Virus record (IMG/VR): IMGVR_UViG_3300027759_000115
Location: 1 to 55,025 of that record
Source: a virus
Lineage: Duplodnaviria; Caudoviricetes
DNA length: 55,025 nucleotides
Strand: one strand, 5' to 3'
In this document: positions 9,548 to 17,387 of the stretch, in pieces
How positions within the stretch are numbered: the stretch's first letter is position 1
How the letters are laid out: each line of letters opens with the position of its first letter
Translations under genes and position numbers: made by a program
Notes under the pieces: generated by a model
What the model was told of the DNA's origin: nothing
The model's input: only the letters and a program-made list of their open reading frames with translations
Databases searched by the model: none

Positions 9548-9799
9548 TCACCAGCCGGGACAATTCCAGCGCTTCAATGATGCTTTGGCCCTTGGCGCAT
9601 CACCTTTGGAGTGCTCCACCACACCGCTCATACGGGCGCAGAAGGAGTCCTTGCGTGACCCACCTTGGGGTTGGGGTGCCTTCAGATTTGATCCGGTTTC
9701 ACGGTTGTATTTTGCCCGACCTTTGGCAGTTAATCCAGCGCCCTTTGACACTGAAAGCTTCTCGCCACGGCCAACTGCCAACGATGGATTTTTTGCCAT
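9548..9799 (-). CDS. Small basic virion-region protein
   Basis: GLTAKGRAKYN...RKDSFCARM...RWNC, a conserved-looking phage peptide. Confidence 0.7.
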   Translation of the reverse strand: MAKNPSLAVGRGEKLSVSKGAGLTAKGRAKYNRETGSNLKAPQPQGGSRKDSFCARMSGVVEHSKGDAPRAKASLKRWNCPGW

Positions 9800-9802
9800 G
9801 AC

Positions 9803-9979
9803 TTACCAGCAAGAATTTTTTGCCGATCCACCAGTTTTCATTTTGGCGGTTTTTGCTGATTGCTTGAAGGCGTCAGCCGTTGGCGCACCCTTTGTCCCAG
9901 GCTTACGCATTTTCTCGCCAGATCCTTTAGCAATTCTTTGCTTTTTTGCAAAAATGTTTGCATACAAACCCTTTTTCAT
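9803..9979 (-). CDS. Small basic protein, 58 aa (not in ORF track)
   Basis: Manual translation MKKGLYANIFAKKQRIAKGSGEKMRKPGTKGAPTADAFKQSAKTAKMKTGGSAKNSCW; fills the gap between neighbours. Confidence 0.8.
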   Translation of the reverse strand: MKKGLYANIFAKKQRIAKGSGEKMRKPGTKGAPTADAFKQSAKTAKMKTGGSAKNSCW

Positions 9980-9982
9980 AAA

Positions 9983-10483
9983 TTACCAACAAGATTTTGT
10001 CTTGCCGCCTTTGCTGTAGGTGGATGGGGTGGATTTCTTTGCGGCCTGAATTCTGCTGGAAAGTCTGCCCATTTCGGTTTCCATGCCACGGGCCTCGCGC
10101 TCGGCTGGGGAAAGGTTCTGCTCACGGTCGGCCATCTTGTAGCCGCCACCACCCAAGCTCTCATACTTGGCCTTCATGGCTTGGTGTTGCTTCTCAAGAC
10201 CAGACAACCCAGCAGTGTCTTCCTTCAATCGCTTTTGGCTTGCGGCCTTGTCCTTGGCCATCAATGCCGCGCGGCCAGGGCCTGGGCGGCTAATTTTTGC
10301 CGCATAGGCCTGCAAATCCTTGATCAAGTTGGGCTGTTTCACGCCACCACCATCAGCCTTTTTGGCCGCACGCTTGACGGCATAGGCGATGGCCACGGCC
10401 TGCTTCTGGGGCTTGCCAGCGGCAATCTCAGCCTTGATGTTGGACTTGAACGCCTTAGGTGATTTGGATTTGATGAGCGGCAT
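9983..10483 (-). CDS. Basic protein with GG motifs
   Basis: MPLIKSKS.KAF..NI..E..AGKP.KQAVAIA N-terminus; KADGG, YSKGG; ends SCW. Confidence 0.75.
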   Translation of the reverse strand: MPLIKSKSPKAFKSNIKAEIAAGKPQKQAVAIAYAVKRAAKKADGGGVKQPNLIKDLQAYAAKISRPGPGRAALMAKDKAASQKRLKEDTAGLSGLEKQHQAMKAKYESLGGGGYKMADREQNLSPAEREARGMETEMGRLSSRIQAAKKSTPSTYSKGGKTKSCW

Positions 10484-10486
10484 ACA

Positions 10487-10768
10487 TCACCCGCAGAAAA
10501 TGGTCACTGCCGCGCTTGCTGGCAATGTGACGTGAATATCTGTGTTGAAGCGAATACCGTTGCCAGGAATTAACGTATAAATCACCGCAGTGTTGGTTGT
10601 GATGTTTAAGCGCAAACGCTCAGTACCACCAGAACCGCCATCACGAAACACAATTTCCCCGGCAACACCGCCAGAGGCCAGTTGGTAACCAGCAAGGTTT
10701 GTTGCGCCAGCGTACATCGTGCCAGTCGCATCTTCATGGACGGCGAATACATTCGTCAATGTTGACAT
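10487..10768 (-). CDS. Small beta-rich virion protein
   Basis: 93 aa, IPGNGIRF motif, GGAGA RBS. Confidence 0.7.
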   Translation of the reverse strand: MSTLTNVFAVHEDATGTMYAGATNLAGYQLASGGVAGEIVFRDGGSGGTERLRLNITTNTAVIYTLIPGNGIRFNTDIHVTLPASAAVTIFCG

Positions 10769-10782
10769 ATCTCTCTCCGATT

Positions 10783-10806
10783 AAAAGCGGGGGCCGAAGC
10801 CCCCAC
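10783..10806 (-). terminator. Rho-independent terminator
   Basis: GGGGGC-TTCG-GCCCCC hairpin followed by a T-run on the - strand. Confidence 0.75.
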
Positions 10807-10812
10807 TTAGGT

Positions 10813-12096
10813 TTAGCACATCATGCCGCCGCGTTTCTTTCCTGCTGGAGATACTGTTACAGACTTTTCAGTTTGAGTAACAGAACCTTGCCCTTTAGAT
10901 GCACGGTCTGAATTTATTTTTTCAGCCGTTGCCCTACGGGCCTCTCCCTCAAACAGCTTCTTGCGCTCATCGCCCTTGAAGTAACCACTAGGGTCAAAAG
11001 ATTTGGCAATGTGACGTCCAACACTCTTGATTGGGTCAAGAATCATGTTGCGCATTGACTCATTCTCTGCCTTTTCATTAGCATAGTGAGCGTCATACGC
11101 ACCATCGGACATATCACCACCAGTAGCCTTCTTTACAACCTTGCCACCCTTTTTAAAGGTGCCAGACTGCAAGCTGTTGGCTATTGGCCTTGAGACGGGC
11201 TTGCGTGGCATTGCGACGGGCTTGCCTGTGTCAACAGTTCCCCCCGTCGCGTAGGCTTTTTTTGCGGCAAGCCCTCCCATGCTGTAGCCACCGCCATTGC
11301 CTTTTTTAACGGCACCAGTGGTGGTGTTGGTCACGCCGGGTTTGGCAGTGTTAGCAGGCCGGTTTTCCCAATCGACGTTGCCGCCTTTTGCAAAGCCACC
11401 TGCGTTGCCCATCCTCACGCCGCCGCCAGACTTGTAGCCACCGGGAGCGCCGTCTTTGACTTCGCCCGTGGTGCCGCCGGTCATGCCTTTTTTGGTCGTA
11501 ACCATTTTGGTCGTGCCGGTTTTACTCATGATGATGCCGCCCTTGGCTTTCTTCATGATGCCACCAGAAGTCATGCCATGCGCCCTTTTGGCCGACATGG
11601 ATTCATGGTGCTTCAGTTCTTTTTCCAGCGAAGCGCAATCAGCACTGGTCGAACCACCCTTCTTCATGCCAGTAAGGGCACGACGAACTTTGGCGGCACG
11701 AGACATGCGTGCGGAAGCAGGCATAGCGGCCAGGGCAGTGGGGCTCATGGCGCTCATGGGAGAGCGCATGCCACCAGCCATACCACCGGCCATAGGGGCC
11801 GCAGGGGCCGCAGGCATGGCCCCAGGCATCATCCCACCCATTTGCTTGTGAGCGACTTTGCCGCCCTTGGCATACTGGTTGGGGTTCATTGCCTTGCGAC
11901 GATCAGCCATGGAGGGCTTTTTCGGAGCTTTGCCATGTTCAGCGGCCTCAAAGTCAGCCGGTTCGCAATGCATGGCTTTGTGCCCTGCCATGCCACCAGT
12001 TGCCATCTTGGAGTGAACATTGCCACCTTTTTTGAGCTTCAGAATAACTGAAGGCTCAGTGGTCATCATTTTGACCATCGGTTTGAATTGACCCAT
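10813..12096 (-). CDS. Low-complexity K/G/M-rich protein with more than a dozen xxxGG motifs (putative internal head protein)
   Basis: LKKGG, MATGG, YAKGG, MKKGG, KAKGG, YKSGG, FAKGG, YSMGG, YATGG, FKKGG, KATGG, KKRGG. Confidence 0.75.
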   Translation of the reverse strand: MGQFKPMVKMMTTEPSVILKLKKGGNVHSKMATGGMAGHKAMHCEPADFEAAEHGKAPKKPSMADRRKAMNPNQYAKGGKVAHKQMGGMMPGAMPAAPAAPMAGGMAGGMRSPMSAMSPTALAAMPASARMSRAAKVRRALTGMKKGGSTSADCASLEKELKHHESMSAKRAHGMTSGGIMKKAKGGIIMSKTGTTKMVTTKKGMTGGTTGEVKDGAPGGYKSGGGVRMGNAGGFAKGGNVDWENRPANTAKPGVTNTTTGAVKKGNGGGYSMGGLAAKKAYATGGTVDTGKPVAMPRKPVSRPIANSLQSGTFKKGGKVVKKATGGDMSDGAYDAHYANEKAENESMRNMILDPIKSVGRHIAKSFDPSGYFKGDERKKLFEGEARRATAEKINSDRASKGQGSVTQTEKSVTVSPAGKKRGGMMC

Positions 12097-12108
12097 GATG
12101 CCCTCCTA

Positions 12109-13356
12109 TTAGGCTTGAGTTACACCAAGAGCACCAACGCGAGTTGCGTTAGGGCCAACAGCAATGCCGGGTAGGGCAATGGCCATCACCGTGCGAACGA
12201 TACCGTTCGATGAGGTTGCGGGAGCGTATGTACCGCGAACATCACCAGTGGTGGTCGTAGCAGTTGCAGTGTCAGCGGCCACAAACGTGCCAGCATCTTG
12301 TGCCAGGGTGTTGTTGCTCTTGACGCTTGCCACATAAGCCACGTTGGCCACACGAACCGGAATGCCCAACACGTTGGTTGTGCCAACAGTCAAAGCGGTA
12401 CCGGTGGCGGCACTTACCGTCACAGAAGTGATGAGGTAGAAGGCTTTCAAACCATTGACGGCAGTGCTTACAGCCGCGCTGGAGGTGATTGCTTCGCTCA
12501 TTGCTTGACCGTAGACATCAAAGCCCGACACAGTCACAGTCACAGGGGCCACACCCAAGGTGTAGGTCAAACCTGTTGGCGTGCCTGCGGTGGTCACAAC
12601 TGCCGCGCCTGCTGTAGTGGTCAGGGTTGCGGATGTAGCTGTCACAGCGGTCAGGATGTAGGTTGTTGGGTTGGTGTAGCCAGTGATAGTACCTGTGCCA
12701 CCTAAGGTGCCAGAGATAGTCAAACGCTGACCAGTTACCAAACCAGACTGTGAGGTGAAAGTGATTTGACCACCAGTGCCTGCGATCACGACGCTTGACA
12801 AGGTTGCAACTGCGGCAGTTGCGGTTGTCACGCTGACGCCGCGAGGAACATCAAGTGCCAAAGCAGAAGTGCCAGCGGTTGTAGTGACCGACCTCACAGA
12901 AGTACCAGCGGTCAAGGTCAATGAACCAGCGGCGGCAGGAGTTTGTGAAGCGGCAATGTTGTTTGCAACAGCGGCCTGAGGAACCACATCCCAAACGTAG
13001 ATACGACCCAAGGGGCCAATACCTAAGCTCATTGGGGCTGGATTGTCAAAAGGCTCTAAATCATGAAGAGTCAACGCAGTAGTGTTTGCCACGTTGATTG
13101 CTTGGTTCAGCGTGTAGGTGCCAGCGCCACCAGTACCAGTGCCAAAGGCAGTGATGTAGGTGCCATCGGTCACGCTAGTGCCGTCAACAAACATGCCGAC
13201 AGTAATTGGTGCGCCAAAGCCCACAGCAGTCACGGTCAGGGTTGTAGAGGAAGAACCACCAGTGCCGCCAATTGCGGTGGTGGAGTAATTGCGCAGACCC
13301 GTACCCATGTACGTTTGGGCAGGGCCTAAAAATAGGTCATCGGAAAATTGAGGCAT
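12109..13356 (-). CDS. Virion structural protein (capsid decoration/fibre-like)
   Basis: 415 aa T/A/G/V-rich, immediately after the capsid gene. Confidence 0.65.
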   Translation of the reverse strand: MPQFSDDLFLGPAQTYMGTGLRNYSTTAIGGTGGSSSTTLTVTAVGFGAPITVGMFVDGTSVTDGTYITAFGTGTGGAGTYTLNQAINVANTTALTLHDLEPFDNPAPMSLGIGPLGRIYVWDVVPQAAVANNIAASQTPAAAGSLTLTAGTSVRSVTTTAGTSALALDVPRGVSVTTATAAVATLSSVVIAGTGGQITFTSQSGLVTGQRLTISGTLGGTGTITGYTNPTTYILTAVTATSATLTTTAGAAVVTTAGTPTGLTYTLGVAPVTVTVSGFDVYGQAMSEAITSSAAVSTAVNGLKAFYLITSVTVSAATGTALTVGTTNVLGIPVRVANVAYVASVKSNNTLAQDAGTFVAADTATATTTTGDVRGTYAPATSSNGIVRTVMAIALPGIAVGPNATRVGALGVTQA

Positions 13357-13389
13357 TTGATCTTCTCCTTGAAAAGCTTGATCAGATTT

Positions 13390-13421
13390 AAAAAAAGGGC
13401 TGGCTTTTTACACCAGCCCTT
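13390..13421 (-). terminator. Rho-independent terminator after the major capsid gene
   Basis: AAGGGCTGG-loop-CCAGCCCTT followed by a T-run. Confidence 0.85.
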
Positions 13422-13427
13422 GTCACT

Positions 13428-14342
13428 TTACACGCCGGGTGTACCGTAGACTGCACGGGGATCGGTGAATCCGACCGTGTAGCGCTCGGTGGCCTTGTAG
13501 CGCATGGAGTCGGTTTCAAAGTCACCTTCCATGGTCTTCTCAAGGCGGCGACGCATCAACAGCTTCATGCCTTCAGGCGCGTCAGTCTGAACCCACCATG
13601 CGGCGGCATTGGTCAGACGCGACAGAACAGCGGCACCTTCGTCCAGCAAGCCGATAGACTTGACGGGGTTGATGTCGTTGTTGGCATTGCCGGTACGCAA
13701 AACGCTCTTCAACAGCACTTCGGCCTGGAAGATGTTGCCAGGAGCCACGATCAATTGACGGGGCACCAAACGAATCTTCTTGCCGTTGTTGTCCACTGCT
13801 TGGCGGATCTGAATCAGCATTTGCTCCAAGGAGGTCTGAGACAGGTTGGCGGCGGTGGTCAACTGGTTGCTGAAGGTGCCATTCACGATGGGGTGAGCGG
13901 TGTTGGTCAAAGACACACCGTCGCCGCCAGGATAGGCACTGTTGAAGGCTACGTTCAACACGTTGGCTGACAACAATTCTTTGGTTTCCACCAAGGATTG
14001 TGCCAAGTGGCGTGCATAAACTTGACCGATACGGATATGGTCGCCGTCTTCCACCAACACTTTGGTCAAAGCGAAGGCCAAGCCATACACCTTGTACACA
14101 TAGCGTTGCAGGAAGAGAACGCCACCTTGCTGATAGGTCACTGGGGTGCCATCGGGCAATTGGGGCGCGGCTCCAAATCCATAAAGGACGGGCTCTTCGT
14201 GATAGTTACGGGGAATGCCGTCTTCCTCGCGGAACACACGGCTCCACTCGTCGGCACGTTGGTCATAGACTCCATCGAAACACTCATTGAGGATTGGCTC
14301 AACGATTGAACGGAAGTCCGTACTGCGCATTGGTGCGGCCAT
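13428..14342 (-). CDS. Major capsid protein
   Basis: 304 aa; GGDGVSL...HP, LIVAP, DF.T..MRYKATERY..GF.DPR motifs; follows scaffold and is followed by a terminator. Confidence 0.88.
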   Translation of the reverse strand: MAAPMRSTDFRSIVEPILNECFDGVYDQRADEWSRVFREEDGIPRNYHEEPVLYGFGAAPQLPDGTPVTYQQGGVLFLQRYVYKVYGLAFALTKVLVEDGDHIRIGQVYARHLAQSLVETKELLSANVLNVAFNSAYPGGDGVSLTNTAHPIVNGTFSNQLTTAANLSQTSLEQMLIQIRQAVDNNGKKIRLVPRQLIVAPGNIFQAEVLLKSVLRTGNANNDINPVKSIGLLDEGAAVLSRLTNAAAWWVQTDAPEGMKLLMRRRLEKTMEGDFETDSMRYKATERYTVGFTDPRAVYGTPGV

Positions 14343-14358
14343 TTTCTAGCTCCTTGTA

Positions 14359-14955
14359 TTAAGCAATTGCGGTGACAGCACCGAAGAATTGCGAGTTGGC
14401 ACAAACAACGCGCACGATGGTGTATGCGTCACCCCAGTCATTGTCCACATAGGGAGCGATGTCAACGACACGCATCTGACCCTGGACACCGCTACCAACG
14501 GCTGATGCGGCATCCAAAGTTGCCTGCGACAAACCCGTGGTGGTGGAACCAGCAGTCACGTTGCTGAAGTTGTACTCGTTACCAATGGTGGTCTGAGCCA
14601 TCGAGCCGCTTGCCTGGATTTCATAAACGATGTTTTGGTCGTTGTAGAAATAGGCAACGCACGAACCAGCGATGTACGCTGTGTTGGCAGGCCAGTTGTT
14701 GGACACGCGACGACGACCAGTGGTATCAGTCCACTCGACACCTGCAAAAGCTCCAACCCACGCACCTGAGGTGGTGGCAGGCAGGATGGTGCCCAAGGTA
14801 CCGCCAATGGCAGTCGTTTGATAGCGCACGGGCTGGCCTTTGAGGATGGCCGTGTTGTACGCAGAGGGAATACCGCCAGCAAGCGCCTGAGCGCGATCCA
14901 GACCTGAGGGATGGAACGCAGGGCGCAAGCCAAACGGAGCAGAGGTTGAACTCAT
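14359..14955 (-). CDS. Putative minor capsid / cement protein
   Basis: APFGLRP...GAFAGVEWTD..G; directly upstream of the capsid gene. Confidence 0.6.
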   Translation of the reverse strand: MSSTSAPFGLRPAFHPSGLDRAQALAGGIPSAYNTAILKGQPVRYQTTAIGGTLGTILPATTSGAWVGAFAGVEWTDTTGRRRVSNNWPANTAYIAGSCVAYFYNDQNIVYEIQASGSMAQTTIGNEYNFSNVTAGSTTTGLSQATLDAASAVGSGVQGQMRVVDIAPYVDNDWGDAYTIVRVVCANSQFFGAVTAIA

Positions 14956-14964
14956 AGAGACTCC

Positions 14965-15513
14965 TTAACCGGAAAAAACCGGAGTGTTGGTTGGTTGCTG
15001 TTCAATAGAGCCAAAGCCTTCACCTTCCACGCTCACCAATCGCCGTCCGTTGCTGTCACGCTGATTTTGGAGACTTTCCTGTTGAACAAGGATCTTCTCA
15101 GCCTCTTCACGAGGTTTCTCGTGGTGCTGGTAAGTCATGATCTCTTGGTAAATATCCATCGGCAGTTTGAACAACAACATCTCATTGCAAGAGATGAAGC
15201 CAACATGCTCACCAGACTTCACGCGATATTCTTCATAGCCCGGTATCTCATCCGCTTTCACGGGAACGTACCCAAGGCGCATCCGTTTATCTATGCTGTC
15301 GTAGCTGTTGGTTGTGGAGAGCCAGCAAAGGTGCCAACCATCGACCGATGGAAGTTTTGGCAATGCTGATTGCGTCCATTCCTCGCTCCACATCTTTCGA
15401 CGTTCCTGCGCAGAAATGAACTTATCTTCGGGTGCTCGGCGGCTTGCGTCCTCGCTGGAGCGATCATTGCGACCACCAGCACCTAGAGATTTTTTTAAAC
15501 GAGTTTCAGTCAT
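14965..15513 (-). CDS. Conserved-looking hypothetical head-module protein
   Basis: 182 aa ORF between scaffold and capsid genes, GGAG RBS. Confidence 0.7.
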   Translation of the reverse strand: MTETRLKKSLGAGGRNDRSSEDASRRAPEDKFISAQERRKMWSEEWTQSALPKLPSVDGWHLCWLSTTNSYDSIDKRMRLGYVPVKADEIPGYEEYRVKSGEHVGFISCNEMLLFKLPMDIYQEIMTYQHHEKPREEAEKILVQQESLQNQRDSNGRRLVSVEGEGFGSIEQQPTNTPVFSG

Positions 15514-15527
15514 ATCAGTTCTCCGAT

Positions 15528-16508
15528 TCAGCGACCGCCTTGGCGGTCAAATTTAATGAATTGTTCTATCATTCGACGCTTGCGCTCGGGGTTCTCCCAT
15601 GCACCGGCTTCCTTCATTGCTTTGACCCTTTCAGGTGAAAGAACAAATTGGTTCCGGTTGGTTCCCCCGTATGCGGCAGACGCTTCACGACCTGAACTAC
15701 CCACTACATTCCTCGGTTTTCTGACGACTGGATTATCGTCGTTGTGGCCATTGTAACGATGGGGCAGTTCTTTTTGCAAACGGCTGTCAAGCTCGTCCCA
15801 ATAATCGGTATCCGCAGGATCCCAACCTTGGGTCACCATCAACTCATCAATCTTTTTTGCGACCTTTGAATCGGTGTCAGAGGCGTCGGGCCGGTACCAA
15901 GAATTGCGGCGCATCCAGTCTGCCGCACCACGCTGTACAGCAGGGTCTGGCAGGAAATCCTGGGTTGGTGCCTTGATCTCACGCTCGGCTTGCGACCGGT
16001 GGGTTTGGAGCTTGCGCACATCCTCCTGGGCTGACTGCCACAGGGTCTGCGCTTCGACCATTCCCTCACCATCGTTGTTGGATGTGGCCTCCATCATCTT
16101 CATCTTGGCGTATTCCAGGCGTACCTGGGCGTCCTCAATGTTCTTGTCGATGCGCACCAGGGATTGCTCCTTGGTGTTGCGCTCCAGACTGGCCAATCGA
16201 CGCTTGAACTCCTCGTTTTCACGGGCCAACGATTGAAGTCGGACGTCCTTTTCCTGGTTCGTTTTGCGAATCAGGTCTTTTTTGGCGCGTCTACGGCTCC
16301 TTTTGGCGTCCCTGAGGCTGTCAGAGTCGTCGGGATGATCATCATCCTCATCAGAGGGCTGTCCACCCTCCGCTTTTTGAGTGATTTGGGCCTGACCACC
16401 GTCAGAATTCCCATCAATCAGCAAATTTTCCGGTAATTCGACCACCGCAGAGCCATCTTGTGACTCCTGAATGTCCAAATCATCGACCTTTTGTTCGGTA
16501 GTTGCCAT
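15528..16508 (-). CDS. Putative scaffolding protein
   Basis: Acidic N-terminus, long coiled coil, W..RN.W and Y..ELD.RL motifs; position in head module. Confidence 0.7.
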   Translation of the reverse strand: MATTEQKVDDLDIQESQDGSAVVELPENLLIDGNSDGGQAQITQKAEGGQPSDEDDDHPDDSDSLRDAKRSRRRAKKDLIRKTNQEKDVRLQSLARENEEFKRRLASLERNTKEQSLVRIDKNIEDAQVRLEYAKMKMMEATSNNDGEGMVEAQTLWQSAQEDVRKLQTHRSQAEREIKAPTQDFLPDPAVQRGAADWMRRNSWYRPDASDTDSKVAKKIDELMVTQGWDPADTDYWDELDSRLQKELPHRYNGHNDDNPVVRKPRNVVGSSGREASAAYGGTNRNQFVLSPERVKAMKEAGAWENPERKRRMIEQFIKFDRQGGR

Positions 16509-16518
16509 GTTTTACCCC

Positions 16519-16974
16519 TTAAACGTAAGCTTTGAAGCTCAGAGGGTCATCCGTCACCTTGGCGATCAGTTCGTGATCGTTCAAAGTCATGAATAACACC
16601 GGATCTTCACCCTCTTCACCCGTAACCTCGCGCTCCCAGCGGTCGCCGCCCCATTTGGGGACGCGAACGTAGTCGCCGACCTGCGCCCATGAGCCCTCGG
16701 GCCATGATTGCATGGTGTCACGGTTTTTGAATGCCAAGGGGCCTATGGCTACAACTCTGCCGATCATGTTGTTCCACTTTTCGTTCTCTTTGGTTTCCTC
16801 CACCAAGATGATCCGACCAGAGGTTTTACGTTTGATGCGGCGCAATTGAACAATCACACGTCCACCGTATGGTTCTTGCCCCGGTTTAACCGGAGGGAAG
16901 GCCCATTCAAGTTCGACGGGATCGCTCACACCCTCATGCCCACTGATAGTGGGTATTTTTTCTTTCTCACTCAC
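16519..16974 (-). CDS. groES: GroES/Cpn10-like co-chaperonin
   Basis: P.GGRVIV, KTSGRIIL mobile loop, GRVVAIGP, VGD.V...KWGG, LND.ELIA; GTG start after AGGAG. Confidence 0.85.
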   Translation of the reverse strand: MSEKEKIPTISGHEGVSDPVELEWAFPPVKPGQEPYGGRVIVQLRRIKRKTSGRIILVEETKENEKWNNMIGRVVAIGPLAFKNRDTMQSWPEGSWAQVGDYVRVPKWGGDRWEREVTGEEGEDPVLFMTLNDHELIAKVTDDPLSFKAYV

Positions 16975-17052
16975 ACTTTTCTCCTGACACCATATTTCAG
17001 GTGCATTCACATTTAAGCGCCTTGCGGCGCGGCCTCAGCCCCGGAGTGGGGC

Positions 17053-17232
17053 TTAATCTTGATTTTTTTCTTCGTCGAGCATGTTGTCGATCATATCCAT
17101 GGCCGTTTGCAGGCCCTGGTACTCACCGACCATCCTCTGATACGCCTCCCAGGTTGCAGGGTTCCCTTGGGCCAGGGAAACGTGCATCTCTGCTTGGCGG
17201 ATTTTGATCATGTGGATCAATCGTTCAATCAT
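17053..17232 (-). CDS. Small head-module protein, 59 aa (not in ORF track)
   Basis: Manual translation MIERLIHMIKIRQAEMHVSLAQGNPATWEAYQRMVGEYQGLQTAMDMIDNMLDEEKNQD; ATGA overlap with upstream gene. Confidence 0.8.
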   Translation of the reverse strand: MIERLIHMIKIRQAEMHVSLAQGNPATWEAYQRMVGEYQGLQTAMDMIDNMLDEEKNQD

Positions 17233-17387
17233 TTTTTCTTTGCATGCGCCAGACCGCCAACGGGCTTCTTGGAACTTTTGCTCCCACCCTTGGGTTGCAT
17301 TGCGGTGCCGTCAAGCTTTTCACCCATGGCGATGCGCTTGTGCTGGGGCACGAGGATAGTGCGTTGTTCGTAATCACTGGTTGACAT
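17229..17387 (-). CDS. Small basic protein, 52 aa
   Basis: MSTSDYEQ...VPQHKRIAMG..., AGGAG RBS at the end of the portal gene. Confidence 0.65.
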   Translation of the reverse strand: MSTSDYEQRTILVPQHKRIAMGEKLDGTAMQPKGGSKSSKKPVGGLAHAKKK

